From assembly GCA_037386325.1 (NCBI GenBank), contig JARRMB010000015.1:1-41243 (forward strand): a stretch of DNA of 41,243 bases. The letters run 5' to 3'. Origin of the DNA: Candidatus Bathyarchaeota archaeon (GTDB taxonomy: Archaea > Thermoproteota > Bathyarchaeia > Bathyarchaeales > Bathyarchaeaceae). Shown here one piece after another: positions 27,107 through 37,208 of this stretch. The notes below the pieces were generated by a model, which saw nothing but the letters and a program-made list of their open reading frames with translations, was not told the origin of the DNA and made no database searches. Made by a program: the position numbers and the translations under genes. How positions within the stretch are numbered: the first letter of the stretch is position 1; the number at the start of each line of letters is the position of its first letter.

Positions 27107-27787
27107 ATGAAAGTCGTGGTCCGGATAGGAGGTTCAGTTGTTGGATCTCCAGTCAATGAAAAGTTAATTGCCAGATATATTGATACTTTAAAGAAGCTAA
27201 AATCTGAGGGACATCAGATTGTAGCAGTTGTGGGTGGGGGTTCTTTGGCTCGTGAATTCATAAAAATTGCAGGGAACCTTGGTCTAGACGAGACAAATAG
27301 GGATTGGGCTGCAATTTATGTTTCACGTCTATTTGCCCAACTTTTTACCATGTGTCTAGCGAATAAAGGATGTGAAAATATTCCTACAAGTTTAGATAAT
27401 GCAGAATATTGCTTAGAAGAAGGAAAAATTGTGATTATGGGAGGTTTGTATCCTGGAATGACAACAGACACAGTAGCTGCATTGATTGGTGAACGTATAA
27501 ATGCTGATTTACTAGTCAAAGGTTCAAATGTGGATGGTGTTTATACCAAAGATCCGAAAAAATATCCAGACGCAAAAAAGCTCGATAAATTGAAGTTTAA
27601 TGATTTGAATGAATTTTTTGAATCAAATAAACATAAAGCCGGAATTAATCAGATAATCGATCCTGAAGCTGTTAAAGTTCTTCAAAGATGTAAACTGCGA
27701 ACAATAATATTGAATGGATATAATTCAGAAAATATTTCTTTAGCCATTAAAGGTATTCGAATTGGAACGGTCATCGAACAAAACTAA
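27107..27787 (+). CDS. pyrH: UMP kinase, archaeal type
   Basis: 226 aa with VVRIGGSV, VVGGGSLAREF, GGLYPGMTTDTVAA and VDGVYTKDP. Confidence 0.9.
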   Translation: MKVVVRIGGSVVGSPVNEKLIARYIDTLKKLKSEGHQIVAVVGGGSLAREFIKIAGNLGLDETNRDWAAIYVSRLFAQLFTMCLANKGCENIPTSLDNAEYCLEEGKIVIMGGLYPGMTTDTVAALIGERINADLLVKGSNVDGVYTKDPKKYPDAKKLDKLKFNDLNEFFESNKHKAGINQIIDPEAVKVLQRCKLRTIILNGYNSENISLAIKGIRIGTVIEQN

Positions 27788-27841
27788 CTATTTTTATAGG
27801 TAACGCTTAAATTAAAAAATCATCTGTTTCGTTACTTTGTA

Positions 27842-27948
27842 GCGGCGGTAGCGAAGCCAGGTCAAACGCGGAGGACTCAAGATCAGCGTTTTGATGAGCT
27901 ATCCTTTCCCATAGGGGTTCGCAGGTTCGATTCCTGCCCGCCGCACCA
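27842..27948 (+). tRNA. tRNA-Leu(CAA) with a 19-nt canonical (37/38) intron and an encoded CCA
   Basis: Acceptor stem is GCGGCGG/CCGCCGC and the 3-bp D stem is GCG/CGC with GG in the loop. Anticodon stem is GAGGA/TCCTT, anticodon CAA at 27878-27880. The long variable arm is CCC-ATA-GGG and the T arm is GCAGG-TTCGATT-CCTGC, followed by discriminator A and CCA. The intron (27882-27900) is flanked by a complete hBHBh' motif. Confidence 0.92.
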
Positions 27949-28035
27949 TTTCATATTTTAGACTATTAATTAATTACTAATGCTCACAATCAACATTGCT
28001 AAAATGCTTAAAGGTTGAATACACTTCTACTAAAG

Positions 28036-29427
28036 ATGGTGACTGCAGTGGTAACTAAAAAGACCAAGATTATATGTACTATTGGTCCAGGTAGCTTAAT
28101 GCCAAAAACCTTAGAGCAAATGATTAAGGCCGGAATGAACTGTGCAAGAATAAACACGGCATATGGAAACTTTGATCGATATAAGAAGATAATAAATGAT
28201 ATTCGAGAAATTGATGATATTCCTATAATGGTTGATCTAAAAGGACCAGAAATTAGAATAAAAACCCAAAAAGAAAGAACTGTTCATCAAGGAGATTATT
28301 TAGATATTGGATTTGGTAAAGAAGCAATAAGTTTTAACCATAATTTTTTTGAACAAATTGAAATTAATGATTTGATATTAATAGATAACGGCAGAATTCG
28401 CTCATCTGTTAATAAAAAACTTGATGGAATTATTAGAATAAAGATAGAACAAGGTGGAGTAATATCTGATGGTAAAGGTGTTAATATCCCTAATAAACAA
28501 CTTTGTGTTCCAACTCTCTCATCACGAGATCTAAAAATCATAAAATTAATAGAAGAATATGAAATTGAATTTATAGCACTCTCTTTTACAAGAAATGCTG
28601 AAGATATAAAAAATCTAAGATCCGCTGCGGATAGATTTAAAGGTGCAGTTATAGCTAAAATTGAAAATTTTGAAGGAATCAAAAATTTTGAAAAAATTTT
28701 AGCTGCTTCAGAAGGTATTATGGTTGCTCGTGGCGATTTGGGAGTAGAGATAGAACCGGAAAAAGTTCCTTTAGTCCAGAAGTCACTGATTAGAATGTGT
28801 AATCAAGCGGGAAAAATCGTCGTAACTGCTACTGAGATGCTAGAATCCATGATGTATCAACCATTTCCAACAAGAGCTGAGGTTAGTGATGTTGCAAATG
28901 CCATACTAGACGGAACTGATGCTACAATGCTTTCAGGGGAAACAGCTATTGGAAAATTTCCAGTAGAAGCAGTAAATATGATGTCACGTGTTGCTTTGGA
29001 AGCTGAAAAAGCAGCAGTTAGCAGTGTAAAAGAAAGTGGGTTCATCAACATTTCGGATACTGTAAGCTGGTCAATTCAGCGAATATGTCAAAATATGCCG
29101 TTAAACAAAATAATTACACTGACTCGTTCAGGTTATACTGCTAAAATGATAGCGCGTTTCAAAATTCCGCAATCAATAATTGCAGTTACATCAAACCCGA
29201 TCACAAAAAGGCAATTAGAAATAGTGTATGGTGTAATTCCTATACACATCGATTATCAACAAGAAACTGATCGAATAATGAGCGTAGTAAACAGACTTTG
29301 TTCTATGAAAATGTTACAAATAGAAGATACAGTTTTGTTTACAGCAGCGTTTAGGACAAAAAAGAAACATGCAAGTAATTTAATTGAAATTCATAATATC
29401 AAAGAACTTCTGAGTGTTAATCAATAA
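28036..29427 (+). CDS. pyk: pyruvate kinase
   Basis: Motifs are KTKIICTIGP, NCARIN.AYG and DLKGPEIR. IAKIEN, MVARGDLGVEI and TATEMLESM are also present. Start set at ATG 28036; the track's TTG at 28015 adds 7 atypical residues. Confidence 0.9.
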   Translation: MVTAVVTKKTKIICTIGPGSLMPKTLEQMIKAGMNCARINTAYGNFDRYKKIINDIREIDDIPIMVDLKGPEIRIKTQKERTVHQGDYLDIGFGKEAISFNHNFFEQIEINDLILIDNGRIRSSVNKKLDGIIRIKIEQGGVISDGKGVNIPNKQLCVPTLSSRDLKIIKLIEEYEIEFIALSFTRNAEDIKNLRSAADRFKGAVIAKIENFEGIKNFEKILAASEGIMVARGDLGVEIEPEKVPLVQKSLIRMCNQAGKIVVTATEMLESMMYQPFPTRAEVSDVANAILDGTDATMLSGETAIGKFPVEAVNMMSRVALEAEKAAVSSVKESGFINISDTVSWSIQRICQNMPLNKIITLTRSGYTAKMIARFKIPQSIIAVTSNPITKRQLEIVYGVIPIHIDYQQETDRIMSVVNRLCSMKMLQIEDTVLFTAAFRTKKKHASNLIEIHNIKELLSVNQ

Positions 29428-29435
29428 AATTTGGA

Positions 29436-29544
29436 AAGGGTTTGCTGAGGCTTGGAACCTGATTGGAAGGAATGAACAAAGTCAATTCGATAATTATGTC
29501 TTGAATATTTTTTATTTCTACGATTCAAGCCTTTTCAGCCCCTT
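29436..29544. other. GC-richer imperfect long hairpin / candidate structured RNA in the pyk-valS intergenic region
   Basis: AAGGG-ttt-GCTGA-GGCTTG (29436-29454) can pair with CAAGCC-ttt-TCAGC-CCCTT (29526-29544). That gives 16 bp in three blocks enclosing ~70 nt. No known RNA family recognised. Confidence 0.25.
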
Positions 29545-29713
29545 CGATCCGACCATTCACTCGTTATAGGATATGGATGGATAATCCAACCACATATTTA
29601 AATTCTACTTATCAATGAGGACAGGTAATAAACCAATAGTGTAAGGAAAACCTAAAAGCTAAATTAGATCCTTGCTAATTTTACGATAAACCAGATGTTG
29701 CAGAGGTTGACTG

Positions 29714-32105
29714 ATGAATTCTTTCCCAAAAAAATTTAATCTATTATCAATTGAAGAGAAATGGCAACAAAAATGGGAAGAAACTGGTCTTTATCGGTTT
29801 AACAGAGAAGATAAACGTCCAGCTTTCACTATTGATACGCCACCTCCATACCCATCAGGCAACTTCCATATGGGAAACGTTCTAAACTGGACATATATTG
29901 ATTCCTTAGCGCGATACAAAAGAATGCAAGGTTATAACGTTCTTTTTCCTCAAGGATGGGATTGCCATGGACTTCCAACAGAAGTTAAAACTGAAGAAAT
30001 TCATAAAATATATTACCATAATGAAAAGAGCAATTATTAGATTAGGTTGCTCAGTAGATTGGACAACAGAATACAAAACAATGGACCCGTCTTATTGGAA
30101 AAACACTCAACTCAGCTTTATTCAGTTATATAGAAAAGGTTTGATTTACAAAGGAACACATCCTATAAGTTGGTGTACAAGTTGTGAAACAGCGATCGCT
30201 GATGCAGAAGTAGAACATGAACAAAAGCAAGGTGAATTACACTATATTAAATTCAAACTAGAAGACGGAAATTATCTAACAATAGCAACAACACGACCTG
30301 AATTAATACCAGCTTGTGTATTAGTCGCAGTTCATCCTCAAGATGATCGTTATAAGGAATTTATAGGTCGAAAAATTCAAGTTCCACTAACGAAACGGAA
30401 TGTCAAAATCATCTCCGAAAAAAGTGTAGATCCTAAATTTGGAACAGGAGTTCTAATGATCTGCACTTATGGAGATAAAGCAGATGTTAAAACTGTTTCT
30501 ACATTAAAACTTCCTGCAATTATTTTAATTGACGATAAAGGAAAAATGAACAAAAAAGCTGGAAAATACTCTGGATTAACTACAAAACAGGCTAGAAAAG
30601 CAATAATTTCAGACATTCAAGAAACAGGTCTTCTAGAAAAGATTGAACCTCTAAACCAAGAGGTTGGAACTTGTTGGAGATGTAAAACTCCAATAGAAAT
30701 ACTTGAACATGAACAGTGGTTTATGAAAACTCGGATTTTCACAGATGAAATCATTAAAAAAACCTTAGAAGTAAAATGGTATCCAGACTATATGAAAAAG
30801 CGTTTGATAGATTGGACAAAAAGCTTAGATTGGGATTGGGTAATCTCTCGACAAAGAATATTTGCTACCCCAATACCCGTCTGGTATTGTGAACAATGCA
30901 AAGAAACAATCATAGCAGATAAAAAATGGGTACCCATAGATCCAAGAAGTGAATCTCCAAAAATTAGTAAATGTCCCAAATGTGGTTCTAAGCAATTTAT
31001 CCCAGAAACAAATGTTCTTGATACATGGTTCGACTCTTCCATAACTTGTGCGGTTCATGCAGGTTGGCCTGATGAGCCAAACTGGCAAGAATTATATCCT
31101 GCTGATGTTCATCCCTCAGGTTATGATATTATAAGGACTTGGGCTTACTACCTGATGGTCCGTGGACTTGCTCTTTTCGAAGAAAAACCGTACAAAAGTG
31201 TGCTCATTAACGGTATGGTTCTCGGATCCGATGGAAGAAAAATGAGCAAATCACTTGGAAATTTCGTTTCCACCCCCGAAGTTTTCAACAAATATGGTGC
31301 CGATGCTCCTAGACAATGGGCAACATCTGGAGGTGCAACAGGATCAGATATTCCATTTAGATGGGAAGACGTAGAATATGCATGGAGATTCCTAAGAAAA
31401 TTGTGGAACGCTTCCAAATTCGCTGCAATCAATCTTAAAGATTACGATCCAAATCTGGAACAACCAAAACTTGAACTCTTAGATCGTTGGATCCTTAGTA
31501 AGATGGAAAAAATTACGAAAGAAATTACCGAGTCAATGGAAAATTGCCAATTTAATGTAGCAACTGATAAAATTCGACAATTCACTTGGCATAGCTTCTG
31601 TGATAACTATCTAGAAGCGATAAAACACAGGTTATATCAGCCTGAAACTTTTGGTATAGAAAAACGAAAAGCAGCCCAGTATACTCTTTATGCAACAATC
31701 TATAGAATTATACAGCTTCTTGCACCTATATCTCCGCACATAACTGAAGAACTTTACCAAATCATGTACCAAGATGATAAACAGCAATCAAGTTTACATA
31801 TCTCCAAATGGCCCAATTCCAACGAGAATATGATCAATAAAGAAATTGAAGAAAATGGAGATTTGATTGTTACAGTTATGGGAGAAATTCGAAGGGATAA
31901 ATCCGAAAACCAGAAACCACTAAATGAGTCAATTCAAAAATTGACATTCTACTCACAAACTAAAAGGGATATAGACATTTTGCGTAAAGCTAAAGAAGAT
32001 ATTGCAGGAACATGCAAAATTGAAAAAATTGAATTCTCGTTAAATAAGGGAAAAGGACGAGAAATTCAAGGATATCCAAATATTTGTTTTATTGCAGAAT
32101 ACTAA
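29714..32105 (+). pseudogene. valS: valyl-tRNA synthetase, split into two overlapping frames (frame-disrupted or adjacent split gene)
   Basis: Frame 1 (29714-30040) encodes ...[18 protein letters not shown]...[15 protein letters not shown]. The +1 frame (open from 29910, ATG 29967) encodes ...[19 protein letters not shown]...WCTSCETAIADAEVEH...KMSKSLGN... through to 32105. The linker between PTE and RLG.S.DW is about 20 or more residues shorter than in ValRS sequences I recall. Confidence 0.9.
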
Positions 32106-33361
32106 ACTGCAGCTTTATAACGAAGAATTGCTGCTACTCCGCCAAAAGATTTTTTCAACATTTGTCCTTCTTCTGTTTCTCCGGATAAAACTTCAACATT
32201 TGTCCCAGCCATCTCTGCTATCTCAGCTAATTCGTCTATTAATTCCTTAGTTTCTATAACAGTTAAAGATGGAACACTACATTTTGGGCAACCTTCTGAA
32301 CTGATTTTCTGTTCAAATTCAGCTACCTCATGCATTTTCATCGTTTCCTCCTTAACATAATCACAAGAACTACATTTTACAGTAACTCTGATAGACTCAA
32401 GATCCTCTGAAAGAAGAAGAGTCTCTACAATTCCATTATTGAGAAATTTTCGTACATCTTCTTCACCATATGTTGCTAAACCGGTGTCTTGTCCAATTTC
32501 TCGAAGAAATTTTTGCATAATCTTCTTTTCTTCAACATAACGTATTCGGCGCAAAATGTCTTGAGATTTCTCAACAACTTCCGATACTCCCTGTTCATCA
32601 GTATACGATGTGTCAAAAGTCGCAATAATTTTATCTTTGAGAGTATAGTGAAGATAATTTCCCTTCTCAAATTCCTCTTTTGTAGGTCCCGGCCCACCTA
32701 GAAGTAGATTTTTCAGATTTTCAATTGGTAAAAAGATTTCATTTGCATGCTCACCGACACGGTTAAAATATTCCTGCATTTTTGCTTCTCTCTGTCGATC
32801 AAATCTTCTAGCAGATTGTCCACCTGCTCTAAATTTTCCAGGAATACCTGAGGTTATCTGCTTTACTATATCGAGTCTTTTTCCTCTAACAGTGGCAAAA
32901 GTTGCATCCGAAGCATCTAGAACTATAATTCCAAATGTCTCTTTTTCTTTTAAAAACTCCTGTAAGTGTTCGGTATGGAATCTCGCATCGCAACGATAAA
33001 GATAGATTTGAATAGGTTCGGGAGGAGATATTATATATAATTCAATTTTTTCACTCCCAGGACCATTTTGGGGAATCGCTCCGCAAAATAGAACTAATCC
33101 ATTTTCCGGAACTTTCTTGAACATTTTCATCCGCTGAGTAACTCGAGTTATAGCATCTTGAACATTTTTTCTAGTTGTATTGGATTTAATATTTGATGCT
33201 GTTCCATATTCGTTATTGAGCATTGCCACAACTTCGCTGATTTGACGTCCAGGAGGAACATATAATGAAACAAGTTCTGTCCCCCTACCTTCTCTTGAAG
33301 CTAGCCTTTGCAGATTTCTTTTTAAACGAAATCGGATCAAAGATTCTTGTTTAGTACTCAA
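32102..33361 (-). CDS. prf1: peptide chain release factor aRF1
   Basis: 419 aa with the NIKS motif (TASNIKSNTTR) and the GGQ motif (FRAGGQSARRF). A C-terminal zinc-ribbon insertion CSSC...CPKC is present. The stop overlaps the valS stop. Confidence 0.92.
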   Translation of the reverse strand: MSTKQESLIRFRLKRNLQRLASREGRGTELVSLYVPPGRQISEVVAMLNNEYGTASNIKSNTTRKNVQDAITRVTQRMKMFKKVPENGLVLFCGAIPQNGPGSEKIELYIISPPEPIQIYLYRCDARFHTEHLQEFLKEKETFGIIVLDASDATFATVRGKRLDIVKQITSGIPGKFRAGGQSARRFDRQREAKMQEYFNRVGEHANEIFLPIENLKNLLLGGPGPTKEEFEKGNYLHYTLKDKIIATFDTSYTDEQGVSEVVEKSQDILRRIRYVEEKKIMQKFLREIGQDTGLATYGEEDVRKFLNNGIVETLLLSEDLESIRVTVKCSSCDYVKEETMKMHEVAEFEQKISSEGCPKCSVPSLTVIETKELIDELAEIAEMAGTNVEVLSGETEEGQMLKKSFGGVAAILRYKAAV

Positions 33362-33553
33362 TGTTAATTGCGCCTTTTTGATTTAAATTATCCAACGTGA
33401 CATAGCTGATAAAAGTTATCTTTTAAATCATTCTTTTTGAAATTTTTTATTCCGCAAACAATTTCTATATTTTTAAAAAAATAAAGGTAAAACTATTCAA
33501 TTTGAACTTATATTTTGTATGACACATTCTATCGTTGATTAGGTGGGAAAGAG

Positions 33554-34492
33554 TTGCTAGCAAATAGATTGGTGTTTGTAGGTCATATGTCCATCGATAA
33601 AATTGAAAATATGAATGGTATTCGGATTCAACCAGGTGGAGCTGCCTTATATGCAACGATGGCTGCACGAACTTTATTTCCAAATATTGTCTTAATTTCA
33701 GCTACTGGAAAAGATAACAAATTTCTTAGCGTTTTAGATTTTTTACCATTTAAAGATGTGAAAATCTATGATGCCTCTTCTACAAAGTTTCACATAAGTT
33801 ACGATAAGCGCTGGGAAGCGCATTATATTAAAGCTGAACATGGAGCGGGATCTAGAATAACATCTAGGCGCATTTCGGATAAATGGCTTAAACCAGAAAG
33901 CATGTTCCATATTTCACCTATGAGTCCTTCAAAGGTTGCTAAAATTTTGAAAAAAATAAAAGAAAAGGCTCCAAATAGTAAAGTTTCTGTTAATACGTGG
34001 ATAGGATATATTAGACAAGGGCAAAGAAATAGAAGAATCCTTAAGGAAATTGCCTTAGATGCCGACTTTTTTATTTTGAGTGATACAGAGGCTAAAGCGT
34101 TAACACAAACTGATTCAATATCCTCAGCAGTTAGACTTCTAAAAGCTAAACTTTTAGTTGTTACACTTGGCAATCTAGGGGCAATAATAAGCGGAGATAA
34201 CAGTGAATTACAAATGATTCCAGCTCTAAACCTTTCTCCAGATAAAATTGTTGACACAACAGGAGCAGGAGATGTATGGTGCGGTGCTTTTCTTGCCACT
34301 TATAATCTCACAAATGATTTCGGAAAGTCAGTTAGTGCTGCATCAACTATTTCCCGTATTAAATGTTCAGATTGGGGTTTCCAGAGTCTTATTAAATTGA
34401 AGTTCAATAAACCTAATGATGTTATTGAGTTTGTTATGGGATTAAAGGATGGAGGCATCCAAAAAAGAATAATGGATTATTTGAAATATTGA
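33554..34492 (+). CDS. PfkB-family carbohydrate/nucleoside kinase
   Basis: 312 aa with GGAALY near the N-terminus and the C-terminal DTTGAGDVWCGAFL signature. Confidence 0.8.
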   Translation: MLANRLVFVGHMSIDKIENMNGIRIQPGGAALYATMAARTLFPNIVLISATGKDNKFLSVLDFLPFKDVKIYDASSTKFHISYDKRWEAHYIKAEHGAGSRITSRRISDKWLKPESMFHISPMSPSKVAKILKKIKEKAPNSKVSVNTWIGYIRQGQRNRRILKEIALDADFFILSDTEAKALTQTDSISSAVRLLKAKLLVVTLGNLGAIISGDNSELQMIPALNLSPDKIVDTTGAGDVWCGAFLATYNLTNDFGKSVSAASTISRIKCSDWGFQSLIKLKFNKPNDVIEFVMGLKDGGIQKRIMDYLKY

Positions 34493-34582
34493 AATTAAGT
34501 TCAATAATTTATCAATAGATATTTTGAATTCTTAAAATTTTTTAATCCCAAAAAGATTATTTAGGATCTTAATTCATTAAGG

Positions 34583-34837
34583 GTGGAAGATGATAATATG
34601 CCAATGGCTTATGTACTTATCAATACCGAACCGAAAAATATGGAAAGCGTTGTATCTACTTTGGAAAAAAACGATTCTGTTGTAGAAATTTTTCCTGTTT
34701 ACGGAGTTTATGATATAGTAGCTAAAATTCAAGCTGATACAATGGAAAAACTTAAAGATATTGTTACGTGGAAAGTTCGAAGTCTTGAGGATGTCAGATC
34801 AACAATAACTATGTTAATCCTTGAAGAAAAAGAGTGA
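34583..34837 (+). CDS. stand-alone Lrp/AsnC ligand-binding (RAM) domain protein
   Basis: AYVLI......ESV...L......V.E...V.G.YD...K...........IV..K.R....V..T.T resembles the AsnC_trans_reg fold. The real start is probably ATG 34598 or 34604. Confidence 0.65.
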   Translation: MEDDNMPMAYVLINTEPKNMESVVSTLEKNDSVVEIFPVYGVYDIVAKIQADTMEKLKDIVTWKVRSLEDVRSTITMLILEEKE

Positions 34838-34895
34838 ACAGACGTATTATTAATAATTTTTAATCCAATTCCTATGATATTATAGTTGACTAAAG

Positions 34896-35435
34896 TTGAA
34901 AAATGCAATAATTCTTTATTGGTCAAATACTGGAAATACCGAAAAAGTTGCATTAGCAATAAAGCGTGGATTAGAAGCGGCAGGAGTAAATGTATTTATA
35001 GAAAAAACCATTAATGCTAATGATGTAGACTATTTTGATTATGATCTTGTCTGCATTGGTACACCATCAATTCAATGGCACCCTCCGTCTCAGATTACAA
35101 GTTTTTTGCTCAAGAAATTTGATAAATATAAAGAAGAGAAAAAAATTAAAGAAGGTTCTCCAAAAATTGCTGGTAAATATGCACTCGTCTTTTGTACATA
35201 TTCTGGACCACATACTGGAATTAACGAAGCGAAACCTGTTGGTTTGTACGTTGGCCAGTTCTTTGAGCATATAGGATTTACAGTTTTGGATGAATGGTAT
35301 GTACTTGGGGAATTTCATGGGTCATTAGATCGAAGTACAAAAGGCAAAATGGGTGATATTAGAGGAAAACCAACAAAAGAAGAACTTGAAAAAATAAGTC
35401 AAGAAGCAACCAAATTGGCTTCCAAAATCAGATAA
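34896..35435 (+). CDS. flavodoxin-family protein
   Basis: N-terminus AIILYWSNTGNTEKVA is the FMN phosphate-binding loop (S/T-x-T-G-x-T). 179 aa, TTG start. Confidence 0.7.
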   Translation: MKNAIILYWSNTGNTEKVALAIKRGLEAAGVNVFIEKTINANDVDYFDYDLVCIGTPSIQWHPPSQITSFLLKKFDKYKEEKKIKEGSPKIAGKYALVFCTYSGPHTGINEAKPVGLYVGQFFEHIGFTVLDEWYVLGEFHGSLDRSTKGKMGDIRGKPTKEELEKISQEATKLASKIR

Positions 35436-35582
35436 TCTCAATTGATGTTATCATAGTTCTTAAAAACTGAAATTAATGAAAAATATGGAAACTTGGTTTT
35501 TTGAACTCATTTTAATAATTCAATTGTTTATCATGTTCCATATTATTTAAATTAAAATCCAAATGACGGAAATTGTTTGAAA

Positions 35583-37142
35583 TTATTCAAAATGCGTTTC
35601 GATTCCGACTTTTGGTCTATGAACTTTACCTTTAGAGTTTCTGAATAGTTCTGCATGTTCTGTGTGTATAGGAACTAGTAATTTTGGTTTGATTTTGTCG
35701 ATCATTTCTTGTATTTCAGGACCAGAAGCATGACCACTCGCATGAATATGGTAAGGATTAAAATCATTTTTCGTATTAATTTTAAAATGTTTTAGCCAAC
35801 GTATCATTCGATCTTGAGATAACTCCATCCTTGGATTAAATGGTTCACATTGTGCTCTAACAAAAATTGAATCTTCTGGTAACTTAAAATCTAATATGTT
35901 TTTAAATCTAAAATAGTCTAGATGTAAGACGTAACCAGAAGGATTTTCATTAAGGTCAAGGGCAGATACTCCTTTATCCAAATGTTTGGTATCTATCATT
36001 AATTTGTCAGATTTGCTTTTCCATTCCGATAGAGGCATATCTCCTACTTTATGCTTTGAATTACTATAATCACCAGGTGAATATAACATACATCCACTTC
36101 TCTCAAGGAAAACTGTTGCGCCTTCATCGTAAACGCTTCGCCCAAATCTAGCCAATAAATAGGCTAAACGCGGATCAAAAACTGGAATCCTGCCACTCTT
36201 TAGAGCTGCATCACGTACAGTTTCATATCTATCAATATCCTTCCAAGTAAAACCTATCATTGCCAATCCTTCACATTCTGAAAAAATTTCCATTAACTCT
36301 GCTTCGACCTTTTTCTCATCATCAGGATCTTCTTGATCAATGCGTGTTCCTTCACAAAACATGATGTCAGGTGAAAGACCACTCAAATAATCTCCAAGAT
36401 TATAACCTAAACGACCATGAAACCTAATATCTCCGGTATATAAAACCTGAAAATCCCTTGTTTCAACCAAACAAGCCATAGAACCAGGTATAGAATGATC
36501 AACATTAAATCCAGTGAGATTCAATCCTTCAACAATTGGGACGGATTTATTATTATCTAAAGGATGGAATTCCCTTGTTTTTTGTAATTTAGAATAATCA
36601 ACTTTTGGTTCACCAGGAAAAAAACCGGTTTTAAGCGTCCTCATCTCGCGGTCTTTCTTAACTGTTAATTGTTTATCTAAACCCTGTAAATTTCCAATTT
36701 CAGCCACTGCATCCATTAATTTCCATGTCATTTCAGAGCAAAAGAATGGAATATCTCCCAGATATGGAGCATATCCACAATGATCCAAATGAGCATGAGA
36801 AATAAAAAGTGCATCAGGATACCAGGAACCAGAATTATTTGCTTCTTCAAAACTTTGTAATTGTATTTTCCAAAGGTTTTTTGCTTTAATAATATAATTT
36901 TCAAAATCTATTGGACAGAAAGCATCTTGCCTATATACCCCATTCAAACTTGGTAATAAGCCTAATTTCAACAAATCGTGAATTTTACAACCTGAACGAG
37001 GTTGCAAAAACTCTTCAAAAAATAAACTTTCTTGGCTGTATGAAAGACCAAAATCAAGGAAAAGGGATCCTTCATTAAATTTAACAAGTATTTTGTTTCC
37101 TCCGATATCATCTACACCGCCATAACAGGTGAATTTGATCAT
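35583..37142 (-). CDS. MBL-fold beta-CASP ribonuclease (RNase J-like)
   Basis: 519 aa. Motifs are FTCYGGVDDIGGNKILV, HxHxDH (ISHAHLDHCG) and the C-terminal HASGHASGPEIQEMI...LVPIHTEH, typical of RNase J/beta-CASP enzymes. Confidence 0.7.
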   Translation of the reverse strand: MIKFTCYGGVDDIGGNKILVKFNEGSLFLDFGLSYSQESLFFEEFLQPRSGCKIHDLLKLGLLPSLNGVYRQDAFCPIDFENYIIKAKNLWKIQLQSFEEANNSGSWYPDALFISHAHLDHCGYAPYLGDIPFFCSEMTWKLMDAVAEIGNLQGLDKQLTVKKDREMRTLKTGFFPGEPKVDYSKLQKTREFHPLDNNKSVPIVEGLNLTGFNVDHSIPGSMACLVETRDFQVLYTGDIRFHGRLGYNLGDYLSGLSPDIMFCEGTRIDQEDPDDEKKVEAELMEIFSECEGLAMIGFTWKDIDRYETVRDAALKSGRIPVFDPRLAYLLARFGRSVYDEGATVFLERSGCMLYSPGDYSNSKHKVGDMPLSEWKSKSDKLMIDTKHLDKGVSALDLNENPSGYVLHLDYFRFKNILDFKLPEDSIFVRAQCEPFNPRMELSQDRMIRWLKHFKINTKNDFNPYHIHASGHASGPEIQEMIDKIKPKLLVPIHTEHAELFRNSKGKVHRPKVGIETHFE

Positions 37143-37208
37143 GAATGTTTCACTCTACAAAAACTAGTTCTAGAAATTTAAATATAAACATATTAAATCA
37201 GAAAAATT

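Noticed and set aside
29428-29713. Whether the pyk-valS spacer hides a known RNA gene (5S, SRP, RNase P, tRNA)
   Set aside because: None of the conserved motifs I know for these RNAs are present, such as the RNase P GAGGAAAGUCC-like segment, SRP domain IV or a tRNA T-loop GTTCRA. It is kept only as an unclassified structured candidate.
29960-30045. Programmed +1 frameshifting or stop-codon recoding as an explanation for the split valS (and likewise for pdaD, rio2 and the acetyltransferase)
   Set aside because: Homology resumes in a different frame and conserved residues are missing, so read-through of a stop cannot restore the protein. There is no shared slippery motif. Junctions are merely A-rich, and the AACCRA resemblance at three junctions is too weak to interpret.
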